Shown here: positions 11,386 to 25,909 of the stretch, one piece after another
Position numbering within the stretch: position 1 is the first letter of the stretch
Layout of the letters: every line of letters begins with the position of its first letter
Assembly (NCBI RefSeq): GCF_052425735.1
Contig: NC_135764.1
Coordinates: forward strand, 24,242,001-24,306,000
Direction of reading: 5' to 3'
Source: Oculina patagonica
Taxonomy: Eukaryota
DNA: 64,000 nucleotides
The notes under the pieces: model-generated
The model's database searches: none
Told to the model about the DNA's origin: nothing
What the model saw: only the letters and a program-made list of their open reading frames with translations
Made by a program: the position numbers and the translations under genes

Positions 11386-14300
11386 TTAAACTATGGTCTC
11401 CACTCGAACACTCACGCCATCTCTTGCAGACAGAGTTCCACCGGAATGTATTACGAGAGGAACTTGTGTCTCGGGTGATCGCACAAACTTGTAGCTCATC
11501 AGAATTCTCACCAGGGCGACCTTGATTTCCAACAGAGCGAACCTCATCCCGATGCAGTTCCTGGGCCCGGCACCGAACGGTAGGAACTGGAAGGCGTGGC
11601 GGGTGTCTTTAGAAGGACCTCGGAATCTTTCGGGGTCAAACTTCTCCGGGTCCTCCCAGGCTTCAGGGTCATGGTGGAGGACATATATGGGAATGACAAT
11701 CTCCGTTCCAGCGGGAATGTGGATTCCATTGAGGTCATAATCTTCAGAGCATTCTCGGTTGACTTGAGCAGCCGGTGGACACAGTCGCTGAGCCTCCATG
11801 ATGACGCAATCAAGGTATTCGATGTTCTGGGCTACTTCGTACAAAGGCTTCTTGGCATTGTACTCCATGGCTTCTTTGATCTCTGTCCTCAGCTTGTCTT
11901 GAACATCTGGGTTGACGGCCAAGTGGTACAGAGTGAAGGCCAACGTGTTGCTCGACGTTTCGTAGCCAGCCAATAAGAAAACCATTGATTGGGCTACAAT
12001 TTCTTCATCAGAAAGTTTGCTGACACCTTCCACCGTCGTCTCTTCGTTTGCGACCATCATGAGATGGAGCAAGTCTTTCCGTCCCGTGAGCCCCTGCTGG
12101 CGACGGGTTTTGAGGATTTCTTTGGCAACGCCTTGCAAATAGCCTGGTTGGTTACCGCGTAGATATGTCATCAACTTAAAGAAAACACTACCAAATGGAA
12201 GGCGGACTAGCAGTCGGACAATACCCGGGGTACGAAACAGCGCCTTCGCATTCTCCAGCATTTCAGGGTTTTCTCCCATTTGAATGTTCGAATCCACACC
12301 AAAGGCCGTAGATAAAATCACTTCAAGCGTTAGCTTGCTGAACCAGTCTAGCATATCCACACTTTGGTCTATGAGATAAAACATACATGTTGCAAAATTA
12401 GAATTAATTTCTATAAATACCAGAGAGGAGTGTATGCTACGATCGCGACCAAAATAACGGCCGTCTATGTGAAAGTCATACCCAGCTTTTCCCCCCGTCA
12501 ATTTTATAATTTCTCAAACAGGTGAACATTTTATATTTATTATCTTTTTCTCGGGGAACAGTTAAGTGTTTTGTAGGTTCTCGGAAAACAAAATAAACCG
12601 TTTCCGGGATCAACAGTCGAGGGAAATATTGAAATGTTACGATCTGACGTCATAGATTTTGCAATGTTGTCCGCTCAGACGCTTTGGCGGGAAACCGTTT
12701 TTTTATTGTTAAATGTCATGTGACCTCGAATTAGCCAATAAAAGCGCGCGCTGTTGGGGAAAAAAATTTCTAGCTAATTGTTGTTCTTGTTTTATAATCA
12801 TGCACGTACCCTCTAAAAGTTTGTTTTTATGTTCACCCACTATGGGATGCAAACTCTGTGACTGAACTTAAGGTAATTTTAGCTTAAATGTCACAAAAAG
12901 CTCATAGACGGGTAGATAAAAAAAATAAAATAAATAAATCACTTTATTTGCCATGTGATGGCAATCATAACACGGGCTTTTGGGGGGCTTTCTGAGGCCG
13001 TAAGGGGGGGGGGGGACTTCAGAAGCCCGCAAACTGTAACTTAAAATACTATTCACGCTATGGCCGCAAGTATTTTAAATCTTATAGCTATATAGCTATA
13101 GATACGTTCCTGTCATTATGAAGTCTTTTATTTGATTGTCTGGCTAAAAGCGTCTATCATCAATATTCATATCAAATTTCGATGTCAATATAGCCTCGAA
13201 ACCCTAACAGCTTCGTATTTGGTTCGATATTTTTTTCGAAAATCTGTGAAGTTTAAACTCGATCTTGTTCGTTGCGTCCGATTTAACACGCTCCTGCATT
13301 AATACACACACTTTTTTTCTCTTGTCCATCAACAAAATTCGTTTACAGTTCATGTGCTTCATGTAGTGTACAAGAAAAGTATCTAATTAAAGGAGATCGT
13401 GAAGTAAGTTGCTAAAAGGATATGGAAAAACAACGTTCTGTGGATCTTGTGAAAGTTTGTTTGTCAGACTGTTAAGCTGCATGGACATGTTCTCTTCTTT
13501 TGGTATGAAGTAAGGAACGTTTGTATTCGAATATTTCAAATATTTGAAATCGAAAACGAATAAAATCAAGAGGTCAGTGGAAATCGTTGCACCCCAGTGG
13601 CGGATCTAGGGGAGGGGCCGGAGTCCCATTTTATTTTGGGTCAAACTGACGCCTGAAGGGCCGAGAAAAATTATTTTTGAGAGCGCCCCCTCCCTCCCTT
13701 CCCCTTATGCCAGGGTCTGGGTGATAGGGCACCCCAGTTACCTGAGGGTCTGGATCCGCTCCCGGGGATCCGCCCCTGCACCCCCTTCTAAAAGTTACAT
13801 TGGCCGGGCTTCAACAATCGCCCATTCTCCAGAACAACAAGCTACCATTGGAGCATTTTGTCACTCACCTGAATTAGCAATTTTCTCAAGTTTTTCCAAC
13901 AGCTTGTCACACGACTTCTCGATCAATGGCACCATCAACTTCATCTTTCCTGCGCTGAACGTGGGTGTCAGCGTGTTGCGAATTCGCTTCCACGTGTCGT
14001 CCCGCGCATTTAAAACGTTCTTTTTAAAAGGGCCCGACCTTTGGATTATGAAGCGATTGCGAAAGTTTGGAAAATCCTTGATCATTATCTGCTTCGCTAA
14101 CTCCGGATCCGCAACGACGAGCGAAGGTGTACTTCCAAAACAGATGGCGAACACCTTGCCATATTTTTTAACGTAGTCAAGATGCATTAGATGCAGTCCA
14201 TTGTATTTCCTCGCTTCAAGAAAGTTTCCTAGGAATGGAACAGGTTTGGGACCAGGGACGTTGAGTTTCTTGAGGTCTGCAAAGCCACGCGTTCCATACT

Positions 14301-14394
14301 AGTAGAGAAACAGCACGACAAGGAGTACAAGCGACGCGATGACAGCAGGATGAGCGAGGGATTCCAAAGGCAACATCTGCTGTACTGATTCCAT
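11386..14394 (-). pseudogene. CYP-3: clan-3-like P450 with premature stop W32* (otherwise intact, ~502 codons)
   Basis: Exons 13869-14394 and 11386-12368. TAC TAG TAT with TAG at 14299-14301 where paralogs have YWY. All catalytic motifs intact (AGYETSS, EAQR, PERF, FGAGPRNCIG). Confidence 0.85.
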
Positions 14395-16548
14395 CGTCCT
14401 GATAATTCTCTCTGTACTACCTAAAGCGTTCCTAGAGTGAACATAAATAAAGTATTTAACAAATAAATAAGCTTTGCAAAGCCAAACGCCTTTTGTTTAC
14501 ATAGCAAATGCCAAGATCACGAAAATTAAATCACAGCGAACCTCACCGGCAATCTCAAAGGGGTATCGAATTGTCTTTGCGAGCATGCGAGCACAGCGTT
14601 TTTCTGTGCGAGTACGAGGCGGAGCATTGACAAAAGTTAGCCTTGCGGGCAGAGAGCACTTGTAAAAATAAGCGACCAGGAGCAAACGAGCACCCCCTAA
14701 AAATTTTGCGAGCATTCCGAGCAGAAGCCTGGTTTTGCGAGCACTGCAAAAAATCAGTAATTACAGTGGATACCCGATTTGTCGAACCTCCCGATAACTT
14801 GGACAAAAATTCGTTTCCCTAGTATTTGCTTCACTCAGCCGAACACTGTACCTCCGATTTCTCGAAGCAATTCTTGTTTCCCCTGGAGGTTCGAGAATTT
14901 GGGATTCTACTGCACTGTCTCGAAAGGGAAAATAGCAACTTACCTATATATAGCTGCACTGAGTAAGTACCGATTTGCAAGTCACTGGGCGGTGAACGCC
15001 AGTGACAACTGCTTTTCAAGTGGAACTTATTGCGAAATATAAAATGTAAAATCAGTGTAATGTAATGTTTTAAAATAGCGTGACGTCCTTTTATTATTGG
15101 ACTTTGTAATCATAATCCTGTTACCATGGTTATGAGGTCGAGGTCTGCAGGGGGTTGGTCACGCAAATTTTAGTGGCTTTTTGGTCTTCTCAAAATGTGA
15201 CTCATAAATTAAAATAGCGAAAGAACAGAACTTGTCATGCTCTAGAAGGATTTAGATGACTTCTCGTTCTTTGATTTGTTCATGCAGACACTGTTTGTCT
15301 GGAAAGGCCTGCAGTGACGTGACAATACAAATACGTCAGCTCCTGCCTGAGACATCGACGAATCCTGGGTATGAGGTCATTTATAAACAAATTTGTTACG
15401 ATCAGTTTTATTGTGTCACCAATGAATACGTGTCAAACTTTTTGCTTCGTCATCCCAGATACACAAGAACACAATTATATTTGCGAAGTTTGCATGCGCG
15501 TAATCTTATAATTTCATTATTTGTTGTAAACAATATTAAAGTACCGAATTTAGTCATCGATTGTAAAGTTAAAATAACAAAGCGCTTTAAAGTACTATCT
15601 AGATACAACGAGCAGTCAGAATTGGAAACGAAAGATCGAAAAGAACTCTGTTTTGGAGCTAGTCGATCTTAGCTGTCACATTTTCAATATACAGTTTATC
15701 AAATATGTGATGTCATCGATATTTTCGTTTACAAACAATACGTTATGTTAGCACGTCATGAAAATTCTTTCGAGCGCCAGTTGACTTGTCGATCGCTTCA
15801 AATTTTGTTACTGTTGACGCAAATAGGTGAGTTCCAAATTATTTTATACATAGGCTCACATACCGTAGTTTGAGTGTAAGAAATGTAAATGCTAACCTGA
15901 GGCCGAAACAGCTTCGCTCAATAAGAGACAAAGTTTGGGTAGAATGATTGGTGTAACACAGAAATGACAGCAACCAGGCTATGCGTTACTGAAAAGGATT
16001 TAAATGTTTTCATATTGGCTGTTGAGAGCTAGGCAGTTGTCGTATAAAATGAAAACACTGACATGTGGTCAGGTATTTAGCCTAGTCCAATAGAACGTTC
16101 GAAACCAAATTGACTGGATTCAGTTCGATTTAGTTAGGCAATCACATCGAACTGGAACCTTTTAAGACATTTAATTATTTCGAATATGGTACCGATCGAA
16201 GAACATCGAAATTTATCATTATGTGCTGCTATACACTTTTACATAAGATGCATAATAGACTGGGTTTAACAAAGTCATGAACTACAATAAGATGTCACGC
16301 AACCTGACGTATTTAATTCACGCTACTACAAATAAATATCTGTATCGTAAAAAACGATCCTGGCTTAAATCCACAATCTTTTTTTATGCTAAGACAATGA
16401 TTAATTTTAGTGCCAAAATCAGCCAAATGGGCAATTTCCAAGTCCAGACTAATTTGTTTCTGTTGTCGATGTTGCCTTTTGCTGGGATGTAGATCAATCT
16501 GCATATTTCTATCCACTCCAGGCTCGCTTCGATTGAAGAATACGGATA

Positions 16549-18914
16549 ATGGAGTTGCTACAGCAGATGCTACCTTTGGAGTCCCTCGCTCATCCTGCTG
16601 CCATCGCGTCGCTTTTACTCCTCGTAGTGTCGTTTCTCTACTGGTATGGAACGCGTGGCTTTGCAGACCTCAAGAAACTCAACGTCCCTGGTCCCAAACC
16701 CGTTCCATTCCTAGGAAATTATTTTGAACTAGGGAAATACGATGGACTGCATCTTATGTTCTTTGACTACGTTAAAAAGTACGGCAAAGTATTCGCCGTC
16801 TGCCTGGGTAGTAGACCAACGCTCGTTGTTGCTGAACCGGAGTTGGTAAAGCAGATAATGATCAAGGATTTTCCAACCTTTCGTAATCGTTTCCAACCCC
16901 GAAAGATGCCCCATCCAATGAACAAAAACCTCTTGGACGCAAAAGACGAGACCTGGAAGCGAATCCGTAACACGCTGACACCCACGTTCAGCGCGGGAAA
17001 GATGAAATTGATGGTGCCATTGATCGAGAAGTCATGTGACACGCTTGTGGAAAAACTTGAGAAAATCGCTGATTCAGGTGAGTTTTATCTTGGAATGCAT
17101 TATTTTTCAGGCTGCTACTCGAACCGGAGAACGAAAGAAGTTTTAAATTATAAGCAGGAGTTTATCGAAGAGCGTATATTAAGATACGAGGGAGTCTGTT
17201 TCTCTCCACTTCCAAGTTGCACGAATGAACTCGAATGGATTAGCAGTGTGTCACAAACTAAATGTGTAAAAAACAACATAACAGTTTTTCATCTGGTAAA
17301 ATGTGTTCCATTTAAATTAAGAACCACCGTTGCTAAGGTTTTTCCTTTTTGTCAGTCTTTTATGACAGTAAGTCTAAATTTGTGATCTTCATATTATGCC
17401 TTGCGGCGTCATTAAAGCTGGAAAGCGGTTTCGGTTTCGAAGCTTTAGGCTCGAGAGGGTTTTTTTTTCTCCTCCACCCCCCCCCCCCCCCCCCCCAACT
17501 CCAACCTTTCAGTGCTTCTCGCGCTGTCGTAAAGGAAAGCGAATGTTACAGAGGCCATTCATCATTCGTTATAAGGCATTGAGTAAGTTTTGGCAATGCG
17601 GCAATGCTGATACAATTGAAAAACTTTCCCAGTGTTTTGACTTGTGCTAAAGGTGGGCATGCATGAACTACCAAGGCATTGGAACAAATCCGCGTTTTAA
17701 ACATTTAGCATGCCAGGCTTAGCATAGCTGGGTATTGCTCACCTAAACCGGTCAGGATTTTTGCATGTACCATATAAGGTGGCTTCCATATAACTTTCCA
17801 GATTGTAGGAAAATCCATGTGCTGTGATCCAGGAAATGAGAATACAGCATATGCCCTAGTGAGCAAAAATACTATTCAATAATTTGGTACACTATGCCAA
17901 AAATACTATAATCTTTATGATATATTTTCCTTTCCAGGTAAAAGTGTGAACATGCTAGACTTCTTTAGCAAGTTGACACTCGAAGTGATTTTATCGACGG
18001 CTTTTGGTGTGGATGCGAACATTCAGATGGGAGAAAACACAGAGATGATAGAGAATGCCCAGGAAGTGTTTCGAATCCCGCCAATAGTCCGACTGCTAGC
18101 CCGCCTGCCTTTTGGCAGCTCAATCCTTGGCTTGTTGGCACTTCTGCGAGGAAATCAAAACTATTTTCCAGACATAGCGAAACAGATCATCAAAACCCGA
18201 CGCCAGCAGGGGCCCACGGGACGGAAAGATCTCCTTCAACTCATGATGAATGCCAACGTTGAGACCACGGAAGAAGGGGTCAGCAGACTTACTGATGACG
18301 AGATAATAGCACAAGCTGTCATCTTTCTCTTGGCTGGCTTCGAGACGTCAAGCAACACATTAGGCTTTACTTTGTACCATTTGGTTGTGGAGCCGGATAT
18401 TCAAGACAAGCTGAGGACAGAGATCAAAGAAGCCATGGAGTCCAATGACAAAAAGCCTTTGTACGAAGTAGCCCAGAACATCGAGTACCTTGATTGCGTC
18501 ATCAAGGAGGGCCAGCGACTGTGTCCCACAGGTGCACAAGTCAACCGAGAATGCTCTGAAGACTATAACCTTGATGGAATCCACATTCACGCTGGAACGG
18601 AGGTTATAATTCCCATTTATTACCTACACCGTGACCCAAGCGCCTGGCAGGACCCGGAGAAGTTTGACCCCGAGAGATTCAGAGGTCCCGCTAAAGACAC
18701 CCGCCACGCCTTTCAGTTCATACCGTTTGGTGGCGGGCCCAGGAACTGCATCGGGATGAGGTTCGCACTGATGGAGATCAAGATCGCTCTGGTGAAGATC
18801 TTAATGAGGTTCAAATTTGAGAAGTCACCCGAGACACAAGTTCCTCTGGCAATTCAGCCTGGCCTCACTTTATCAGCAAGAGATGGAGTGCACGTCAGAG
18901 TCTGTACAGTGTAG
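16549..18914 (+). CDS. CYP-4: clan-3-like cytochrome P450, ~501 aa
   Basis: Exons 16549-17077 and 17938-18914. AGFETSS, EGQR, PERF, FGGGPRNCIG. Confidence 0.93.
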
Positions 18915-19077
18915 CAGATAGGAACTGTACGGCCATTTTTTATAAACATACTGTCCCATACTGTCATAGTTACAACACGGCGTGGGGGGAGGGGTGGGGA
19001 ACAGGTGGCATGTTCCTTTGTCGTCAGGGCTTTGCCTGGAGACAGTGATGAAATGCTCTCAGATTAACCTCTACTAA

Positions 19078-19292
19078 AAGCCTGGCAAACAAAAAAACAT
19101 GTTTACAGAAACACCCGTAGCGCGCGCATGTTCCCCAAGAAAAACATTGTTCCAGCAAATTTGTCCAGAAGCAAGCCCACACGGAGAAACATCGATATTT
19201 CCGCGCGGCATAAACGGCAAAACGAGGAAACAATTATGGAAACACGTTTCCAGCATGTTCTGGAATCATGTCTTCCTCGTTTGCCGGGCCTT
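19078..19292. mobile_element. Harbinger-like MITE (similar element at ~53213-53495)
   Basis: Imperfect TIR AGCCTGGCAAAC...GTTTGCCGGGCC with internal AAACA/TGTTT motifs. Confidence 0.55.
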
Positions 19293-20156
19293 AAGAATGA
19301 CATCATTGCTATATAATTTCGCGCGCTAACGATGAAGCCCGGAAACGCCAAGGACAATGCCCAAAATAATTATATTACCTCAGGTATCCCAAGCTCTATG
19401 GCGTCTGTACTATTCTACTCATCGAGTTTAACAACAGTCAAGATATAAAGATTTTTACGGAGAGAAACAGTTATAATTAGCTTTTAAACCTGAAAATACG
19501 AGTAAGTTTTGAATAAAAAATAACTTACCTCGCTTCATTCGTTTGTTTCTTTGTTTCCAGCGACGTTTCGTGGTCGATTGATAGCTTTTTAGGTGAATTT
19601 CAAGTCCATTGCTTTGCCCCGTATGGAACTGAAAACCACCTAAGGGCCCCTGTTAAAATTCGGCTGTCTCTTCATCATTATCATTTTCCATGAAAAAAAA
19701 AATGAACCAAAAAATATCTTCCAACGAAACTTTTGGGCTAAAAGAAGGGCGGCGGAATACACTGGGTTCCCGCCAAAGATAATTCATGTGACAATATCCT
19801 GCAGACTCCACAAGAAAAGTTTGCGTTTATCTTTCTTACGATCTCGATTATTTATGCACTTTCAATTGAGATGGGCCCACTCAAGCAATACAAAATTTAA
19901 AATTTTTGTTTTGAATATTGACGTCACGCAAAACTTTCCGCTTTTGTTAATTCTTGGTCAAAAACAATAGTCCGTCAAGTACTTCTTCCCTCTGCTTGCG
20001 AACCGGAAAATATTCACACAAATAGGTTAGCTTCAAATCTTAAGCAGGAGAAGGTTTTTAAATTTGCGAACGGCTTCTTTTAGTCCAATTGGAATTTTTC
20101 TCTTCACAAGAAGCTTTGCTTCAAATCAGGGGCAACAAATTTGACGAATAGGTGTC

Positions 20157-23100
20157 ATGCAATTGCAACAACAGATGTTCCCTTTGGAATCCCTCGCTCA
20201 TCCTGCTGCCATCGCGTCGCTTTTACTCCTCGTAGTGTTGTTTCTTTACTGGTATGGAACACGCGGCTTCGCAGACCTCAAGAAACTCAACGTCCCTGGT
20301 CCAAAACCTGTTCCATTCTTAGGAAACTTTCTTCACCTAAGGAAGTACAATGGACTGCATCTAATGTGTGAAGACTACGTTAAAAAGTACGGCAAAGTGT
20401 TCGCTATCTGTCTGGGTAGTCGACCTACACTCGTCATTGCTGAACCAGAGTTGGTAAAACAGATAATGGCAAAGGACTTTCCAAAGTTTCGCAATCGTGT
20501 CATGGTCCAAAGAAACCGTTCCCCACTGAACAAAAACCTCTTAGAGGTAAAGGACGAAACGTGGAAGCGAATCCGAAACACGTTGACACCCACGTTTAGC
20601 GCAGGAAAGATGAAGTTGATGGTGCCATTGATCGAGAAGTCGTGTGTCACGCTGGTGGAAAAACTTGAGGAAATTGCTGATTCGGGTGAGTAAAGATTTG
20701 ATTTAATGGCTACTCATTGTGCTCGAGAAACGGCGATTTAGATCGAATGTAGCTCTCAGATGGAACAGCATGATTTGGAGCAATGTCGTTTCCCGAAAAC
20801 AAATACAAAACGTCGCAATTTTCACTCAGTTCAGACATTTTGAAATCCCTCTCGGTCTGACTTTCCGACTGGCGGCTGATATTGAATGAATCTATACGTA
20901 GATAAGGGAGTCGAGGCGCTAGGATTTGGCTAAATTACTTTGAGTAGGGAAATAACTGTGGGGTATAAAATAACCGGTGTAAACCAGTTACAGCGTGTTA
21001 TTGAAACTCATATAAGTATCTTCAGTTGTTCTTGTCCTTAGGAAACATAGTGTCTATAGTAATTCGGGCCAGGTTCAGTGCCGAATATTGGTTAATATCT
21101 ACCGACCGAGGTGATGTCATGGGAAATACTGCTAATACTCATTGCAAGCTAGCCTAAGGCGAATTATTGCTTGAAGTCTACATTCAAGTTGTGAATATTA
21201 CTTTGTAAGGACTATAAAATATTCAATCTAAATGAATAATCAAAAGCAACAAAGTACTCGCCATTAAGGTCGCGGGGGATACCAACAGCATGAATAAATT
21301 CATGAAGGGAAATTTTGCTTGACCTGCATCTTTTAAAACGCTTATTTCTCAGCTGTTATGGGTGCGATTAAGCTCAAATTTTACAGCGACATAAAGAAAT
21401 GATGAAATATTGTGAATGTCATTTTTAATTTGGAAGATTGCATTTAACGGCGATGTTATAGCCTCATTAGTGCCAAATTGGGAAAAACATGATTTTGTGG
21501 CAGAGTTTGCGGAACGTGTAGGAGACAGCACACTGTGATCTTGTCAAAAACTAATCAGTCAATACCTCTAGAGTGTCATAACAGAGGCAGATTTTTTAAT
21601 TTAAAGTTTGCCAGCAAGTTATAGCGATTTAAGTGCGCAAATTTGAATTTAATGTCTTCTACCTCTTTCTAAAAGCGCTCTTTTAAAATTCCGCTTCTGT
21701 TATGACACACTACAGTATTCATAGTTTACCTATCTGCAGTGGCAAGTCATGAAGTTCTGTATCCGTGCTGTATTCTCTGCCACAAAATTGTCGGAAAAGT
21801 CCAAACTTTGAGGTTTCCGAAGATGTCCCGACCTAAATACGATCATTTTGCCAAGGAGAGATGTAATTATGGTAATTATATTCCACGCTTTTATGGTGAG
21901 AACAATGCGTTTTTAAAAAGGACACGATTGTTTATGCCGAATATTTTGTGATTACTCTGAGTTGCAGAAATATTCAAATTTAAATGAAAATAAGCTCAAA
22001 GACTTCCTACAATCGAAATGAACGTATATCGCTAAGTGTTGTTTTAATTTGGTTAAAATATCAAAGAAACAGGGAAATCACGCGCACGCGCCCATATTTT
22101 TGTCCAGTCATAAATATCTCGTAAAGTTGTCGATGTCAGTCGTTGTACTTCGTGCATACGCTTTAAATAAATGCATAATGATGAGCCTAAGGTGTCCCCC
22201 GCGACCTTAAGAGCTACATCGATTTACACACAGTCGCTATAGATAAACAACCTAAGTAGGCGAACAGCAAAATCGCTCAGCCATAACTATGCGCGTACAT
22301 ATACACAAAAGAAACACTGGCTGCGGTCACAGTCTACGACGTAACTAAAGTTTAACTTTAGTTAGTCTGAAGTGACGTGACGTCATACCTAACTCAGTGT
22401 AGGTAGTGCTTTCGATCGACTTTGCGGTCATATCAATGCAGTTAACTACAGTTAGTTCTGATTAGCATGTGGATAATTTCGAATAAAAATTAGTTCATGA
22501 CAGCCCTTGTTGTTGATTCGTTGAATGTAAAAAAAGTTGACCGGCAAAAGCCGTGTCTAGTTCCTCTATTTTTTTTTCGATTTTTGTACGGTATCTCGGC
22601 GTGAAGAAAAAAAAAGGAATAAGGTAAAACTTTTAACGGATGCTAGACGACCACTTCTGATAGAGTGGGGACTACTCAAACAAAACACCATCCTTTAAGG
22701 TCTTTAAGGTGGGGAAGGTGGGAAGGGGACATTAAGACACCGCCCGTCTTCTTGCAGATTGGTGGGTCCTGTCCGGGTACAAAAGATTTGATCATTTCCC
22801 TAACTAAGTGGCCCTAATCACCCCTTGGGACATATCTCTGTTACAGATCAAAGTGTGGACATGCAGGACTGGTTCAGCAAGCTAACGCTTGAAGTGATTT
22901 TATCCACGGCTTTTGGTGTAGATGCAAACATTCAAATGGGAGAAAACACTGAAATGCTGGAGAAAGCAAAGAAGATCTCTCGAATCCCACCAATTGTCCG
23001 ACGGATATCCCGTCTGCCATTTGGCGGCTCGATCCTTGGCTTGTTGGCAGTTCTACAAGGAAATCAAAACTACTTTCTACGCATGGCGAAACAGATCATC

Positions 23101-23823
23101 AAGATTCGACGCCAACAGGAGCCCACAGGAAGAAAAGACCTGCTTCAACTCATGATGAATGCTAACGATGAGACCACGGACGAAGGGGTCAGCAGACTTA
23201 CCGATGACGAGATTGTAGCCCAAGCAGTTCTTTTCCTATTAGCTGGTTCCGAGACGGCAAGCAACACGTTAAGTTTTACTGTGTACTACTTGGCTGTAAA
23301 CCCGGATGTTCAAGACAAGCTGAGAAAAGAGATCAACGAAGCCATGGCGTCCAATGCTAAAACGCCTTTCTACGAAGTGGCCCAGAACATGGAGTACCTT
23401 GATTGCGTCATAAAAGAGTCTCAACGACTGTGTCCTTCAGTAGCACACTTCAACCGCGAATGTTCCGAAGAATATGACCTTAATGGAATCCATATTCCTG
23501 CTGGAACGGAGATTTTGTTTCCTATATATGCAATGCATCGTGATCCTAATTCCTGGCAGGACCCGGAAAAGTTTGACCCCGAGAGATTCCGAGGTCCTGC
23601 TAAAGACACCCGCCACGCCTTCCAGTTCTTGCCATTTGGTGCCGGGCCCAGGAACTGCATCGGGATGAGGTTGGCTCTGATGGAGATCAAGATCGCTCTT
23701 GTTAAAATCCTGGTGAAGTACAAGTTCCAAAGGTCTCCCGAGACACAAGTGCCTCTGGATATTCACCCTGGCTTTACTTTGATGGCAAAAGACGGTGTGC
23801 TGGTCAGAGTTTGTACAATCTAG
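20157..23823 (+). CDS. CYP-5: clan-3-like cytochrome P450, ~501 aa
   Basis: Exons 20157-20685 and 22847-23823. AGSETAS, ESQR, PERF, FGAGPRNCIG. Confidence 0.93.
21268..22206. mobile_element. TTAA-flanked Kolobok-like non-autonomous element in CYP-5 intron
   Basis: TTAA|GGTCGCGGGGGATACC ... GGTGTCCCCCGCGACC|TTAA. Confidence 0.8.
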
Positions 23824-24694
23824 AGAACTGACATACAGACATATCCCGTTGTTTTGCTAACTGCTTTCAAAGTCCTAACTGTAAACTTGCGCCTTCCCTG
23901 ATAGGTGGGCAGACAACAAACTTTGTGTCACAAACATCATCATTCATCGCCTACATGATAAAGTTCATGAAAAAATCACAAAGATCGCTCAATCTTTTGG
24001 TAAGAGTTGGGCAGCGTGAACTTACAAAACAAAAGTGACCGGGGTGATCTCCGTTCCTTTTAGGCGTTAAAATTTGAGGTTTGGGCATTAAATTAAATAC
24101 AACAGGAAAGACTTTATTAGAAAAAATTGGTACCACTACAGTCGGGGGGAACAAGTGCCAGGTGATGGCGACATCACTTCTCCGAAAGGTGACTGAGCCC
24201 GCCGTTTTCGTCCCAGAAGTTGCTAAGCAACATGACGAAGTTGTACGCGCGACTGCTTTCGGAACATTCGTGAGCGCTTGCGCTAGTTTTTGATTGGATG
24301 AAATAATTCGGAAACTCTTCGAGTGCTTTAACGAAGATTGCCAAAACCGGCACTTATTCCCCCGACTGCACAAAGGGTGAAAATGCATCCGAGCCACGCC
24401 CCGAAAACGAGATTCTGATGCCTTTAAAGCGTTCTTCTCGAAGTCTCCGACGATGAGCCCAATTAGGTTTTTATGGGAGTCCCCGCGGAAACGTGACCAA
24501 TTTGATTGGTGCCGCTCAAGTTTCCCTGCAAAATTGAACTTCAAGTCACTTTTGTTTTTTAACCGAAAACTGATTTAACTGATTAAAAAATTCCCCGACA
24601 TGGAGAAGCATTTGGTGAATTCCCATACTAAGGTTAGTCCCCATGTAATCTAGTCTCTTTGACAATAATATTGAAAACCTTAAGGTGATACTTA

Positions 24695-25546
24695 GGGAAC
24701 ATTCATTATTTATGCCAGGGGGTGGGCTGGCAAGAATTGAGGGGGGGGGGGTCATGGAAAATCCAGGATGTTCTGAGGGGGGTCACCTTCAAATGCTGCA
24801 GACAAAGAGGGGAGCTATCTGTTTTCTTATTAAACGTTCTATTTAATTATGATCATGTGTATTACAGGATTAACGTCAATACAAAAAAGTCTTGATATCA
24901 TGAACATGATGTTGCAATGTTGTGTCCAGATCATGTTTGGCTGAATATAAAAAAAATAAAATTAAAATAAATCACTTTATTTAAGTGTCAACGTATTTAG
25001 CACTATTGTGCTAATTGTTAAAAAAAACAATTGGCAAGAGGCTGACCAGTTGGCCGTTTACAAAGCGTGGAGGAGTTGAATCCAGAGCAACCGAAGACAA
25101 ATCCATCTAGTGGCAGGGAGGTGGATTTGAACCCGGGGCCTCCAGTCCAGCTCCCTAACCACTAAGCCATACCATCTCCTTGTTACCAGGAGAGTTTCCT
25201 CTGTATTGTTTTCACTCTCCAAGGACACTGACTAGTTTTGTGCACAAGAACGATGTCCTCCTCACTGTCACTTTCCCCCCCTCACTAGTGTTTCCGTCAC
25301 TAGTTTGTTTTTGGATGCGTGCCTGCTACGCAGGCTTCACAGGCTATTTTGTTACAAAATAAACACTAGTTGTTAGTAGGCTACCTTCTGTTTGGGGAGG
25401 CGGGGGAGGGGCGGGGGGTGGCTGTCACTTTTCTTATTTTATGCAAAGGGGTCATTATGTTTTTAATTTGCTTGGAAGGGCGTCAACATGTTTTGGTTTT
25501 GTCTATAATGAGTCTTGCCAGCCAACACCCTGGCATAAATAATGAA
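24695..25546. mobile_element. Harbinger-like MITE with right TIR truncated at the MULE element
   Basis: TTA|GGGAACATTCATTATTTATGCCAGGG ... CCCTGGCATAAATAATGAA; the expected TGTTCCC terminus is missing. Confidence 0.7.
24950..25180 (-). mobile_element. tRNA-derived SINE
   Basis: Minus strand has Pol III A box TGGCTTAGTGG and B box GGTTCAAATCC, followed by a non-tRNA body and an AT-rich tail. Confidence 0.75.
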
Positions 25547-25909
25547 GGTATCCGGACAACTCGCCCCCCGGACAACTAGCCCCAGACAACTAGCCCCCAA
25601 TCTGGACGACTAGCCCCCACTTTCTGGACGACTAGCCCCCACTTTCTGGACGACTAGCCCCCTACCTTATTCTGTGTTTAAAAGATGAAACTTGTAACAC
25701 CTCTTCTTGTACTCTACTCTAGTTGCTTATACTCTTCTTCGACAAACTGAAATGCATTTAGCTTCGATCGTAAATATGGTCGCCATATTGAATACGAAAC
25801 ACTGGAACCCAGGCTATCGCGAGCCTGAAAGCTGAAGTTTCCCACACTGCTCGCTGAACTTTCTAGATTCACTAGATACTAAAGCGATTGACTTTAAAAT
25901 AAACTTAAC

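Noticed and set aside
23951-24544. 197-aa ORF
   Set aside because: Non-ATG start, no recognisable motif, and other frames contain stops; cannot be supported.
25095-25180. tRNA gene
   Set aside because: A and B boxes are present but there is no complete cloverleaf, and it continues into a SINE body.
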